Shown: piece by piece, positions 11,320 to 27,360 of the stretch
How positions within the stretch are numbered: the first letter of the stretch is position 1
How the letters are laid out: the number at the start of each line of letters is the position of its first letter
Source of the DNA: the human T2T-CHM13v2.0 reference genome, Homo sapiens
Assembly (NCBI RefSeq): GCF_009914755.1
Contig: NC_060928.1
Length of the DNA: 64,000 nucleotides
Strand: one strand, 5' to 3'
Made by a program: the position numbers and the translations under genes
The notes under the pieces: generated by a model
The model's input: the letters and a program-made list of their open reading frames with translations, nothing else
Told to the model about the DNA's origin: nothing
Databases searched by the model: none

Positions 11320-14066
11320 CTACACAGAAACAAAATGTCAGTGTTTGGCTCAAATATTTCAACATAAAAGAAACTTAAAAGGGTTAACAGTGCACCTATA
11401 ATATTTTTTACAAATAAAAAAAAAGATGAGGAGAGAAATTACTTTGCATGAGGCAGATGTTAACAAAGATCAAAGGTAATGATATATATATATTTTTAAT
11501 CAAGAGACTTTATTGGAAATAATAATTTTACATCTGAGATTATCAGAAAGCCTATTCCTACTTTAAATGTAATCTGCATTCTTTAAAAACCACCATCTCC
11601 ACCTTTCCCCACCATGATTATAAAATATACCCAAAACTCAGAAAATGTAAAAAAGATTTATATTTTAAATATCAAATCATCTGTTTTCTTACCACTCAGA
11701 CTTAATATTTGTTAAATTTTGGCGCTTTTTCAAAGCATATTGTCAAGTATGCTTCAGCAATGTGGTTTAGCAAATACTGAAGTAACAAAAGAGGAACATT
11801 TCTATGTAGATTCTTATTACAAATCTGATGTGTAATACTTCCAAAATTTATTTCAGTAAAAATTCTATGATAATCAAAAACTCATTTATATTTGACTTTG
11901 TAAAGTGTTTTAAATTTGCATTTGAAAATAAAATTCAAGCTCATCTGCATGTCATACGAGTCCCTTTATGCTCAACTGATCATCCTTCTCTCCCTAGCCT
12001 CAACTACGACCACTTCCCCCTCTCTGAACTTCACACACCAGCAAAACTGAGCTTGCTCTTGTTTTCCAAACACACCATGCTCTTTTATAGACCCGTGTTT
12101 TAGCCTATGTTGCCCCTTTGCATGGAATATCCACTAAGTAAACTTCTAATCATCTTTTAATGATGACTCCAGACTTTTAAGGAGGCCTTCTGTTCTACCA
12201 CCACCACCTCTGTGTAATCAAACTTGGACACTTACCATGCTGACTGTAAACTGTTTATGTGCCTGACTTCCCTACTACACATGTATCCACTGGACCATGT
12301 GTGATTGCCTCTATACCTTTGGTGTATCTCCAGTGCCTATGCATGGCAGGTACTGAGGAATTTTTGATGCAACAAATTGAAATTAAGTATATAAAATGTT
12401 TTGAGAATTTGCATCACTGCTTCAAATAACGATCGATTTCTGAATCAGAAGGAAAAGGAAAGCCAAGCTTCTCCATCATACTCCCATGCTATTATACATA
12501 CATCTTGCTAGAAATTCTCAGATATTATTAACTAAAAAATTAGTAACAAATATGCTTTCTACATAAAAAAATAAAGTTTAGGATAAATTCTAATGCCAAG
12601 ACTAAACTGCAATAAAACATTTTTTATCTATATAATTCTAATCAACAAAAAAGTAAGTAGAGCTTCAATTTTTAATCTTTCTCAACCTTACAATACTTGA
12701 TCAATAACTTCCTTCTTGAAAAGTTCCTCCCTTGGCTTCCGAAAGACCACTTCAATGGCACCAAGGCACCAAGAGTGGGCTCAGGTGCCAGAGGGAAAAA
12801 AAATCGGGACTCTCAGCAAGGATGAGAAATCTTTAAGTGAGATTTTTATTAATATACAGCATAGCCAGGCTCCAGGGTTCCTTCTGGACTGATGGCCCCT
12901 GCTTCTGTCTAGTCCTAAAATATCCAGTTTCTCAGGTTTCCTTTAGTTGTTGCCTTCTGTTCTTTTCAGTTTTCCTTCCATGGTTTCAGCCATTCACTTA
13001 TACAACACTGAAACCCTTAATTTGTTACTTCCACCCAAGTTTTCCTCTAAAACTTCAGATCCCAAAATTTAACTGACCACCAGGCACCTCCTTTAGTATG
13101 TTTCTGGGTCACTTCTGAGTCAACATGTCCAAGACGGAACTCATTGCCCCCTCTCCTTCCTTGCTGTAAGATCTGTTCCTGCATTCCCACTCTCTTGAGT
13201 GGTGCAACATTGATCTACCTGTCAAGGCCATTCATCAAATCCTTGATGCCTCTTCCCCACTTTCCCATTAAATCCCATCAGTTACTTCCTTGGTCTTTTT
13301 GTAAACCATCTCTCTTCCTTCTTCATTACCTCTGCAATTGTCTTGGGACAGTCCCACATTATCTTTTGCCCAAATTCTTCTAACAGATTCCTTACCAACT
13401 GTCCTCTCCTCCTCCCTGCTCTATTTTCTATCCTGTGGCTAGAGTGATCCTCCTAAAATGCAAACCCTAATACGCCAACTAAAAATCCTTTAAGAGCTCC
13501 TACTGGTTTAGATAAAACCAGTTTGTTACTATGAAATGCAAGATCCCCATGATCTTGCCCCTTCCTATGCCTTCAGCCTCATGTCTCATCACACTCTACT
13601 TGCATTTTTTTGAACTCTGTGCCCAAGGTAGGCGGTACTAGTTGGAAGTGTCTGGAACACCATGCTTTCTCACGCTTACAAGCCTTCATTCACACATTCT
13701 CCATTTCTTTGCATTTAACCTCCCCTCCCCAAACTGCCATAGATGCCTGTCTAGAATTACTTGTCTTTCAACACTCAGCTCAGATGTTGGTTCCTTTCTG
13801 AAACCACTCCTTTAGATAGATGCTACATACTCCCCTAGCACTTTTAATGTATTCCAGCCGAGTGTTGATTACTATGTTTAGTTGTTAAGCTAAACACTGT
13901 TGGGAAGCTAAGTTGTGGCGTTTCTTTTAGATGGGGAATGTATAGTCTGTTTCTCTAACAGACAGTAAGCTTTCTAACAGCAGGCCTTCTCCCCATCCCC
14001 ACTTGGTTGTTCATAACAGCTATCATATTGTCTAACACTGGGTATGAGCTCAATCAATGTTTGTTA

Positions 14067-14366
<300 letters not shown>

Positions 14367-15358
14367 TTACAAATGCACATTCAACTAAGAACAACAATTT
14401 ACTGTACACCATAAAAATATTATTTCTACAAAAATACTTGTAAAAATTATTCATTTTGAAGATCCTTAATGAAAGGTTTGAGTTACAAAAGGAAAGAAAA
14501 CACAAGTTATTATTTGTACTGTTAGATTTATCAGATACCATATGTGTAATAATGCTACCCAACTGAAATATCTTGCTTTTCTCCCAATAAGTGCTTTGTA
14601 ATTATCATTAATTTGGACAGACTAATACAGTAACTTGGCAGTAGTGGTAAACAAAACATTTGTATATACGTCAGCTTTTAGCTGAATGAAGTTTATAGCT
14701 TTGAGACTCTAAAATTTAAGTATTTTAAGTCTTTGCAGATAAAAATTTTTTAACGAATACCTTCCTTTTTAGACATAAAAATATTAAAATACTAAAATAC
14801 AGTTAAGTCTTTTTTTCTTGATGGCCCAGGCCCCAAATACTGAGAGTAGATACCATGCTAATGTGATGTTCTCAGGGATTACTGAGTTGTGTAGGGTGAG
14901 GTTTTTTTTTCTTCCCTACATATTTTGGCTATTTAAAAAAAATTTTTCTGCTTGTCTTAGTTTTGTATATTCCTACCAATGAAATCTAGGAATTATTTAT
15001 GAGCTAGATGTATATGTAGAGAACAGTGAATGTTTGATAAAGACTTTATAATATCTTTCTTTTACCACCCACTGAAAAGGATACATAGAAAAAACTACTT
15101 CTTACTTATGGTACCAAAAATCACATCTCAACCTTGTATTATATTATACATATTCTTTCACAGCTGATATCTGAGGAAGGAAAAATAACCATTAAGACAC
15201 CAAAAAAGGAAGTAAAAAATCTTTGGCAGAATTGGGTTATCCAATTGAGTTCATAACATCTTGCTATGAAGACACCTAAAACACAAAATACTTGATAATA
15301 AAAAGGTCTACATGATACTGTGACATTTTAAGAACAGCACTGTAAAAAGTAGTTTAAA

Positions 15359-15662
15359 GGCCGGGAGCAATGGCTCACGCCTGTAATCCCAGTACTTTGG
15401 GGGGCCAATGCAGGCAGACCACTTGAGGTCAGGAGTTTGACACCGGCCTGGCCAATGTGGTGAAACCCCATCTCTACTAAAAATACAAAAATCAGCTAGG
15501 CATGGTGGTATGTGCCTCTAATTCTAGCTACTTGGGAGGCTGAGGCAGGACAATCCTTGAACCCAGGAGGCGGAGGTTGCAGTGAGCCAAGATCGCACCT
15601 CTGCACTTCAGCCTGGGCAACAGAGACTCCATCTCAAAAAAAACAAAACAAAACAAAAAAAA
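15359..15662 (+). mobile_element. Alu (AluS-like)
   Basis: Dimeric Alu with A-rich tail. Confidence 0.92.
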
Positions 15663-16926
15663 GTTTATATTTAACAAAATCATGACTAAGTAGAAATAAT
15701 CATCATATTTTTTCTGACAGAAATAATTACAATCTCTGGGCATCATGAAATGCTAAACTTTAGGGATGTTTTCATAAATTATATTGCTGGTTGTGTTTAA
15801 ATGTAAAAGACTATCGATAATTCAATTCTGTGAAATATTTAGTTGTTTAATAAAGCACAAGCCAGCAGCTGTGATGAGCCATCAGCTAAATATGATCTTG
15901 ATTCACACATTTATAAAGAAATCTGGAAAAAAAATTGAGTCAACATTTTAAAATCAGGAGATTTTACAGAAAAATGTAGATTTCCAGCTTCTCTTAAAGT
16001 GAGAAGTCTGCCACACTGGACCCATATTCTAACATGAAAACCACCAGAGGAAGCTAAGTTGTGTTTCTCCTTTGAGATGGGGAGTGTGCAGTTCACTTAG
16101 CCACAAATCTATGCTCCTTCTGGTTATCTGCTTGTCCACTGGCAAGTTGAGCTTGTGGTTCTGAACATAAGAAATGTACCTATGGTTCAGAAGGTAGTGA
16201 ATTCAATGTGGTATATGTTTCTATGTGAAATATAGCAAATATTTTATAAGTTTTTTTTTTTTAAGGCTTAAGAAGAAAAGAGAAATGTGCTTTAGAAAGA
16301 GATATAACTGCTATCTGGTAAAGCCTCACTCACTGAAGGATAAGACACAAGATAAATAGGGCCACCAGAAAATCTCCCGTTTTTTTGATATCTGCAATCA
16401 CTGATTTTCAAGGGAATGTAAGAGGTAATGTGGATTACATAACTGAATCACTGAAAACATTTTACTACAGTTTTATTACTTTCAGATATGAACTAGAATA
16501 AATTCCTTGCCAGCTAAGTATTTCCCATTCTAAGTTCTGCTCTAGTGAATGCAAACGTAACTGGAGTATAAACACAACATATTAATCTATTAAGGTTGTT
16601 AATGAGCTTGTTCTCTTTGGTGAGTTGTATCCATCCTACTGATCTGCTCAGCAATGCAAAGCTTTCTTAACTGGTAGCTCAAACCGATAGCTTAACTGAA
16701 TTTCAAAGGTGAAATTCAGCAAAGACCAGGCCGACTTGTCATCATTTACATTTAAATCAAGTTTAATTTTCCACTTTCTAAATATCTGGCACTTTTTATC
16801 AGACACACAAAAAAATCTCTAAAATGCAAACTCTTCAAAGAGGTTTTCTGTTTCTAAAAGTAGTGTATGCCCACTAAGTAGAATCTCGTTAAAAAACAGA
16901 AAGGTACGAAGAAAGAAAGAACAATG

Positions 16927-17227
16927 AGGCCAGGCACGGTGGCTCACGCCTGTAATCCCAGCACTTTGGGAGGCTGAGGTGGGCAGATTACCTGAGGTCA
17001 GGAGTTCGAGACCAGCCTGGCCAACATGGTGAAACCTATCTCTACTAAAAATACAAAAATTAGCTGGGTGTGGTGGTACATGCCTGTAATCCCAGCTACT
17101 TAGGAGGCTGAGGCAGGAGACTCACTTGAATCCAGGAGGCAGAGGCTGCAGTGAGCCGAGACTGCGCCACTGCACTCCAGCCTGGGCAACAGAGCAAGAC
17201 TCCTTCTCAAAACAAAAACAAAAACAA
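16927..17227 (+). mobile_element. Alu (AluSx-like)
   Basis: ggccaggcacggtggctcacgcctgtaatccc...; flanking caatga repeat. Confidence 0.93.
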
Positions 17228-17503
17228 CCAATGAGTCACAGTCCTAATTTCCAGAGTTTTGACTGCTGCAATGTGTATATGCATTCCTTCCTGTCATTAC
17301 AGAACATTACAGAAATTGTTAATACGAAAAGTAGAAATCATACTAATTCTGATTCTGGTTTTTGTCACTTACATTGAGAACATTTTCCATACTGCAAATA
17401 TCCTGAAAACACGATTTATGGTTGAACCACTTCCCCATTCTTCGACATTTAAGGCATTTCCAATATTGTGTGATTATAAATCATTTTTAGATGAAAAATG
17501 TTA

Positions 17504-17668
<165 letters not shown>

Positions 17669-18472
17669 CTAAAAATAATGTTAAAAGTAATATTAAAGTA
17701 TACTTTAATCAGGTTGAATAAAAACTCAATATTTACATTTGACAGGTTGGAAAACATAGATTTAGCCTATGAGTTTATAGTTATGTGGATTAGAAATCTA
17801 GAGACTAATAAAGTGAAAGGCAGAGTCTATTACTGTTATTTTTCCTTGGTTCAGAAAGGAGAATTAGACGATAACTTTTCATCTAAATCATGGTGTTTTA
17901 TTTCCTTAACTAATTTAGTAGGTATTACTTTATTATAAACTGACAAACATTTTTAGTGACTAGGAATCTCTTGCTTTTGACTTTCTCTTTGTGCCTATCT
18001 ACTTAGTAATTTACTTTTCTGGGTATAAAGTTACTTCTTAGGCATCAAATAGATATTAACTTTTTGTGCTGTTCTAGGGCTACTTTATCATCCATTTTTT
18101 GCTGTCTCAAAATCATATTTTAGATAGGAAGCAAATGTATCATCAAACTAAAAACTTTTCCAGAAGAAATACTTTTGTATGCTGTAATTATTATTCTAGA
18201 AAAGATTTCTAAGCTAAAACCTAATTTTGTAGAAATAAAAATTATAACCATTCTCTAGGATCAGGACCATTTTCCATTTTTAATTAGGTAAAGTGTATAT
18301 TATTTTGAGTTTCATGTCACTTAAGGACAGTAAATAAGGATATAAACACTGGACATGGAAAAAAAACCCACCTTTATAAAAACTTCTTTTACACTTGATA
18401 GGAAGTAACTTATATTTTTATCTTAAAAAATTGTTAACTATGTTGACTGTCAGACAATTTGAATATCAGTTA

Positions 18473-18805
<333 letters not shown>

Positions 18806-21800
18806 CTAGAAAACAAATAAAATTATTTCATTCACCTAAAATAAAGACACAAGTTTAACTTGATTTTATGCTAAATGTATTCGCTTAATGAAATAATTTA
18901 GATGTATATTGGTTTTAATGCATTTTACTTCAATACGTTAGAAAAGTGAAACGAGAAAAAAAGCACAAGGCATTCTTCACAGAATAGTAAGAGCTAATAC
19001 AGAAAGAGGATTAATGTCTTTGTGGGTACTAAATAGTACGGCCTTCTTCAGTCTGAAGATCTGTAAACTGTCTCTGGCAGAAACCATGTATGGTGTGAAC
19101 TCGGGACATCATTTTGGAATTGCTTTGTCAAACCCAGGATGGATCAGTGCACAAGTGACTACACAGGCAGATATAACTAGGGAATTCTCAGGGAGGCTCC
19201 GAGCTGCTGTGACTGGGAGGAAATGCTTCAGCCTCCAGCTGTGTCCGGGGTATCTCAGTAGAGCAGTCAGTTGCAAACAGCCTCAACATGTGTGACAGTC
19301 AAAGGACATCACTGGGGCTCTGATGAAATCTGGAGTCCAGAATCTCCAATGGATGACAATCTGCATGGTGGACCTCAAACTGCTCTTCCGGAAATCACCT
19401 AAAGCTCTAAGATCCTCGGCCAATCTTTTAAAGGCTACTCCAAAATGTACTGACTCTCATGTTTGTTTGATACAATATTAAAGAATCTGAACCAACTAAT
19501 GTTTGGGGGGAATTTTACTGACTGAATGCACTTCTTAGTCTGTTTGTTCCCTGGGTTATTGGTGAGGATGTTCCCTGGCCTCTCCCAGGGGACACCTGAG
19601 CTATGCAGAACTGGAAAAAGGCCATGCTACTCTTACATACCAATCTGTCATAAAAGGCTAACCTCATTGTCATTTCTGCTTTTAGTTTTCCTTTTCCTTA
19701 TTCTTCTATCTTATGGATGTTTTGTATGTATTTTTACAACTACCTACAGCATTTGGTAAAGAAACTGTCCTTTTAAATATATACATCTTCAACTTTCAAA
19801 TGAATATCACTAATTTTGGTAATTCGGAAGATGTTTAATAGGCTTGGAGGGCCTCAAATTCATCATTTGGACATTATCATGGAACAAGCACAAAATATAA
19901 AGGTTATGCAAGGTCGTGCATAGACTATTAACACAGTAGTACCTGGGAAGTTATTTTATACAATCATTAAAACCAGCTGATTTCATGCAGTAGTGTTTTG
20001 CCCATAAAACAGACACCAGAAAGAAAAAGAAAAAATGGGTTGGTATCTCTTATTTGCATTTCAAAATATAATAATTTAACATATTATTAAAAATCGCATA
20101 ATTTTATAACTTCTCAAGTTGTTAAATTCTTTAAAACATAAAAAACTTTCCTGAAGAATAAAACATTCTTAGAGAATTCTTACATTCTTAAATAATTTTT
20201 TTAAGGAATGATTTTAAAAAACTTATTTTTTGAAAAGGGAGAAAATTCCTTGGAATATCTGCTGTGCAATTTTATAATAGAACAAGTGACAGATTTAATT
20301 TTGGAATTTTTGAAATGCCAGGTTAAAATACGATCCAAAAAGAGTGTGTTTTATAACAAACTTTTTTAGCATACTATTTTTGCCATAACGAATCACTAAA
20401 GAGAAAAATATTTGTCCTAAGTGTTGCCTCATTTTGAAATTCTGTGCTCTCCAAAGGCACAAACAGTAGAACTAGGGATATTTGCATAATGAAGGAGCAC
20501 ATAATGGCAGAAAATTACTCTCTACAGTTATAAGTGGGAGAATAATTAAGGAACCAATTTAATTCACATCCTGCAGGTTGCTAAAAGCATACGGAGAGGG
20601 AACCTTTGTGTGCTGTCCAACAGGAAGAAAACAGACTTAAAAACAATTTATGAATCACAGAAGGCCATATCTGATTTCTTAAAAACATAAAAGATATTTG
20701 GGAATTTCCATGGCCCTACTGTGGTCACGATATCAGCAGCTCGATATTCAAGGAGCTGTAACATCCTTCAGGCTAGGAGGCCACACTCCTTAGTTATCCC
20801 AGCATTTAGCAGGCAGTAATCATTCAACACATTTCAGCTGCCACTCTTAAATACTTCTACTTCCCTTTTTAGGGGATTTATGCCTTTTATTTTCTTGAAA
20901 CCCCCAAGTAAACCAATATACACTTTCCCCCTTATATTTGCTTTCCAACCCCTCAGGTAGGGAAAAAAACTTTGTTTACACAAATTTTCTAATCATGTGT
21001 CACTAAAATATTAAAATGAAAGTTATTTTAATAAATTTTGTATTACGATTAGACTTTATTAATGCAAATACAGGCAGTTGGTTTTAGGCGAGTAATCATT
21101 TTCAAAAGGCAATATTTCTAATAGTCATAATTTTCACCCTCTCTTGATATTTAATGTTCTATTGGATTAGTTTAATAAAAACCAAGAATAAAAGACTTAT
21201 TTTTGGCTTACTTCCTACCACCACCATTTTTATTAAAGAAACGAAGATGTTTCCATTAGCTAAAATAATGGCTCTTTTAAAATACATGCTTAAGAATCTT
21301 TCCCTATCTAATTTATTTAGAAATTTAATTGGGGATGGTGTTAAGAGCATATTTTATTAAATATTTTCACATCATTTATTAAATGTTATTTATCAAGACA
21401 GTGAAAAGGTTCTTACTCTTATTAATGCTAATGGGATTCATTGGGTTGCCAGTATTTTCTTTCTTTACTATGCTGGCACCTGGAGATAAATGTGTACTTA
21501 GCAGTGCTGCAATCTGGGCCATGGAAAGGTGGGGGTTTTATTTGGCTTCCTGCATGCTTGCTCTTTCCCCTTGCTGTGCTACTTGTTAATCAAATCCCAG
21601 CTTTTAAAAAAAATTGCTTACATAAAAAGCTTTTTCTGGGGATTTTATTTGCTTGTTCTCTTCTGTAGAAAAAAACTTCCTTTTTTTTTTTCTCCTGGTG
21701 CTTTAGCCAAGTTCTTTTACTTATCTTGCTATTCACTCACCTCCCCCAGTTCACCAAATTTCCTATTACATGTATGCTACTTGTAAATTTATATAACTCC

Positions 21801-21940
21801 CTCTTAGAACTGTTTATATTTTCAGTCTGAAAAGCCTTTTTTCCTCCAGACTCAATGACTGACTGAAAAAAGTTATGAATTATATTTAAGCAAAAGGCAG
21901 GCTGTTTGACAGTTCCTTATTGTTCTTGAGAGGGGACTAT

Positions 21941-22112
21941 TAAAAATATAAAATGTCAAAATCACATTCTTTTAACATGAAGGTTAAGAGCTATAACACT
22001 TTTAAACAAATGTTAACAGATGATTTATAAAAATATATAAAATGTCAAAATCACATTCTTCTAACATTGAGCCATAATACTTTTAAACAAATGTTAACAG
22101 ATGATTTACAAA
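21941..22112. repeat. Diverged tandem duplication, about 85-90-bp period
   Basis: tataaaatgtcaaaatcacattctt...acttttaaacaaatgttaacagatgattta occurs twice. Confidence 0.88.
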
Positions 22113-22908
22113 CAGCTACACCACTGTTTCTAAAACAGTATGATTTTTGAAGGTAAAAGAGCCAAATAAGGAATAAAAAAAGAATGGAGTAGAGAGAGAA
22201 GATGAAGAGAAAGACTGTTAAGAGGAAAAAAGGCAAACAAAAAGGGACAGAGAATTTTCCAAATCCTAAAATATATTATGCCCTCTTCTTCCTCAGAACC
22301 TCTGCATCTGTAATTTCTTCTGCCTAGAAAACTTCAAACCCTGAACTCCACTCTTTGCCTCTCATCCAGGGACCTTACTTTGGTTTATTCCTATCCATTC
22401 TTCGATAGTGATCTAAGTCAGCTTAGATATCACTTCCTCTAGGAAGACTTCTGTTTTGTGTGCTCCTTGAGTATTCTGCCCCCCACCCTCCCCCTGCCCC
22501 GATAAAATACCAAATCAGACTCTCTGATTACTGTCTATTTACTTCACTGCATTCCCCATGATAAAGTACACTATCTACTTTGCTTATCATGTATTTGTAG
22601 CATCTAACCCAGTGCTCAGTAAATATTTGGTAGTAAATAAACGAATGAATGAGAAACAGACAGAGAGGCAGAAGTATGGAAAAAGAGCAGAAAAAGACTC
22701 AGACTCAGAGGAGTGTTACTCTAACTAAATAATTTTATTTACTGTCATTTGAGCAGTTGTAACTTACGCCATTACTATGCAAGTCCTTTATGTGCATAAA
22801 AATAAAAATTTAAATGCAAAATTCATATGGGAAGTGACAATAAAAGGAGTTTTAAGAGATTTCCCCCTCCTTTAACATAGACTACAAAATAATTTCCCTA
22901 TAGTGTTA

Positions 22909-23130
<222 letters not shown>

Positions 23131-23314
23131 TCATTTCCTGGGATATTCGATCTTCTAATTCTTTTTTGGCTTTTACCAAATAATTTAAGCTACCTAGCGT
23201 ATAAAAACTATGACTATTTGCAAAAAGCAGAAATTAGTAGATTTCAAAACAAATGATTAGTTTACATTTTACTGCATAAAATGCAAAGTGCTGGTGCAAT
23301 TATATTAACATCAC

Positions 23315-23922
23315 CTGACAATTGGGAAGGATCCACCAATGTATGTTTGGAGACAGAAATGAGTTTACTGAGGAGGTGCACGGTCATTTCTTGTGTAGAT
23401 GCTGAGGTAAAACCCTTAAGGAAGAGCTGCTGAAGTCCTGGAAAATTAGTCCATTTCAATTTGCTTTGTACATTTTCAATCTTCTCTCGACTCTCTGATT
23501 TATCCAAAGGCAAATGGATAAGCAGTTTGTTGAGAAGCCTGAGAGCCAGGAGGTATTCATATTCATAATCTGATTCTAATAAAGATGCTGCTATCCAAAA
23601 AATGGTGGCCATCAAGTTGGTAGGCTCAGTAGTGGACTGCACGTCATACATTCCTTTCTCTCTTAGAGAGGAAAGGCTTCTAGTCCTTGCTAAACTACTG
23701 CTATGGTTTATCCGTCCATCCATTATATCCAGTGTGTTACTCCGCCGCCGGTCACCTCGTCGGTCACCAATCAAACTTAATCTCAAAGAGTTACTTCTTG
23801 CATTACTGTTATATCCCAAATAACTGCTACTATTAATGGGACTTGTGCTTAGATTGAGTTGTCCAGTGCTTTTCCTGTTAGCTGCATACTTGTTTCCCAT
23901 TATAGGATCATGATATGAGGTT
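23315..23922 (-). CDS. FRYL: FRYL coding exon (608 nt, phase 2-1), largest in the window
   Basis: tttaag|TSYHDPIMGNKYAANRKSTGQL...TIFWIAASLLESDYEYEY...VDPSQLS|gtgatg; matches ORF 23262..23963. Confidence 0.95.
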
Positions 23923-24988
23923 CTTAAAAAAAAGAAAGAATAGATGAATGCATACCCAGTCACTTCTTTTGCTAAATTAATTTTACTTCTGAAAACACTG
24001 AAAAATAGTAACTGGTACCAGAAAAATCATTTTTCAGTATATCTGACTTTGTTGAATCAAATTTCAGTTTTCCCTTCAAATTCAAAGAAAATGTACAACA
24101 GTATCTTTTCTCTTGTGGCTAACAGTTTCCTTTGAGTTGAAAGGAGGCTCTACTTGCTGAGAAAATTCTGCTATAGTAATCGCTAACAACGTTCAGCTCT
24201 GAGATTTAGGCATACATTATGTCCAAAGCTGACTTCATTTGTCTTGTCCTCAAACTTGATGGTCCTGATGTCCCTATTTCTGTCAATGACACACTCTTTT
24301 CAAAAGAACTAAGCTCAAAAATTTTCGATTTCTCCTCCTTCCTCACATCCAATTTTTATTAAGAAAATATTGACTGAATGCTTTTTATGTTTGCCAGCTG
24401 TATAGAAAAGGAAGGAATATTAGACAAGTCTTTTGAAAGAGGGGATAGATATGTAAATGGATAAATTTATAGCCTGCTAATTGCTATTATTACAATATGA
24501 AAAAATCACTATGAGAACCCAAAGGATGGAATAATTAGCACTACCCTGAAGGAGTTAGAAATGCTTAGCTAGGAAGTGACATTTGGGATGGGACTTGAAG
24601 GACTAGTCAATTCTGGGCTTGCAAGGTAGAAAAAGTGGGGAGAGAGGCTGCTGCAGGGAGAAGGAACAATATGTGAAAGGTGGGAGAGCCTTAAGGCTCC
24701 CAGACAGCTGGGGGAGAAACAGGATGCTGAATCCTGAATGTGGCAGGAATGAAGTGGTGCATTAGAAAGATCTCTAACCAGCACATTAGAAGAAGAACAG
24801 CACTGCTAAAATCAGCACTTGGATTTTTCACAAGTCCTCAATGTCTGCGGCCCATCTCCCCACTGGTAATCCATCTAATTTGGGCAGTATTGTGCTTACT
24901 AACAATATTAGAATTTTAAAAGTTATAGCTATATGTAGTTAGCTATTCAAGTTCTCTCTATATTAGGTTGCCTGGTTTAAATTCTTAC

Positions 24989-25083
24989 TGAGAAAGGGCA
25001 GAAAGAAGATCATAATGCTTCATGGTTTCAGCCAAAGTATCAATTGCAGATTCCAATGTGAGAAGAAGCTCAATCACAAATCC
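24989..25083 (-). CDS. FRYL: FRYL coding exon (95 nt, phase 0-2)
   Basis: ccccag|GFVIELLLTLESAIDTLAETMKHYDLLSALS(Q)|gtaaga. Confidence 0.92.
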
Positions 25084-25346
25084 CTGGGGGGAAAAAGGCA
25101 GATTTTAATTAATTATGCTCTGGAATAAAGAAACTGCAATGGACTTCCTAATGGGATTTTAAAATAGAACAAACTCCATGTTATGTCACAAAATGATTAA
25201 ACTCTTGAGCAACATGATCTTGCTGATTGATGCAAACTCATCCAATCAATGGTGTATAAATTGATTGTAATGGTGCCACAATTTACTCAAAATTGCTCAG
25301 GTCAGAAATCTAGGAACCATCCTTGTTTCTTTCACATCTAAACTGA

Positions 25347-25677
<331 letters not shown>

Positions 25678-26702
25678 GAAAATATCACTTTTAAAATACA
25701 CATTAAAAATCTGACCACTTTCCTCTACCTCCATAACTTCCCTTAATCTAAGCTACCACCATTTCAGCTGGACTCTTAACCTCCTGCCCTCTCTTGCCTC
25801 CACTCTTGCCCTCCCTACAGATTTCACCCCAATGTCAGAATGAGTTTTTAAAAAAAGAAATCACATCCATCACCTTCCTTCCCTCAAAATGTCTGAGTAG
25901 TTTCCCATCAATTCAGAGTGAAGTCCTGCCTCTTACCAGGGCTTACTAGGCCTTACGTGATTTGAACCTACCTACCTCATCAATTTCCTGCAACACATCC
26001 TGCAATGTATTCTAGCGACACCAATTTTCTTGATGTTCCTCAGAAAAGCCCTACTGCTTCTGCCTCAGGACCTTTGCACCTGTTAGTCCTATTTTCCTAT
26101 GCCTGAAATATTCTTCCCCAGATCATAAACAGAACCTACTTCATTTCAGTATCTCTTCAAAAATCACCTTCTCAGATGGATTATCATATGTAAAACAATT
26201 CCTTCTCCTTTAATCTTATTATCTTATTATATTCACAGCATTATCAGTAGGATAAATTATGTTATGTATAATTGGAAGACTAAAGGTTTGTTTCCCTCAA
26301 TAGAATATGAGCTCTAGAATGTTAGGAACTTTGTCTCATTGATCACTGTATCCCTGATATTTATAACAGCGTTAATAAAGTCATTCATCTGTACAAACTG
26401 AAGTTCTCTAGTGCAACAGTTCATTTATCTTAAAGCATAAAATTCAATGCTCCACTTTACATTTAAATTTAACTTCCTATCTTTTTTACCTTGTGATCAT
26501 CCCAGGTTAAGATCTTGGGGGTGGGGTGTTGTGTGAGTGGGCGAGTGTAAAGCTTTTTCTGATAGGCACTAGAATAGTTGATTTAATTAGTAGGTTATTT
26601 GATATTAATTACAAAACTAACTTTGTCTCTTAATTCTTTGCCTGCTCAACATCTGACTATAATTCTAGATGCCCATTATCTTGCTCTAGCTATAGCAATC
26701 TA

Positions 26703-27032
<330 letters not shown>

Positions 27033-27160
27033 TCATCTTAAAGCTAGCAGCTAGCACACTTCCTGGCTCTCACATTTTATAAGTCAATGCTTTTTCTTTG
27101 CTTAAACTCCATTTGCATTTTAGATGACCCTTTAATCTTTACGGAAGCAATCCTTCAGAC

Positions 27161-27360
27161 CAGGGTTTCTCAACCTTGGCACTACTGACCTTATAAGCCA
27201 GAAAATTCTTTGCTGGAAGGGCTGCCCTGAGCAGGGTATGATGTTTAGCAGTGTCTCTGGCCTCAACCCACCAGATACCAGTAGTAACCCCTTGCCCCCA
27301 ACCCATAACGGTGACACTGTCTCTAGACATTGCCAAATGTCCCCTAGTTGAGAACCACTG
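27161..27360. mobile_element. MER20-like hAT MITE
   Basis: TIRs cagggtttctcaacc / gttgagaaccactg; degenerate 8-bp TSD cttcagac/ctctagac. Confidence 0.82.

Noticed and set aside
26490-26558. Possible 69-nt in-frame cassette exon (KKLYTRPLTQHPTPKILTWDDHK; tatcag| ... AAG|gtaaaa)
   Set aside because: Poor pyrimidine tract, a competing AG 10 nt upstream, and no resemblance to Furry sequence; likely a chance pseudo-exon.
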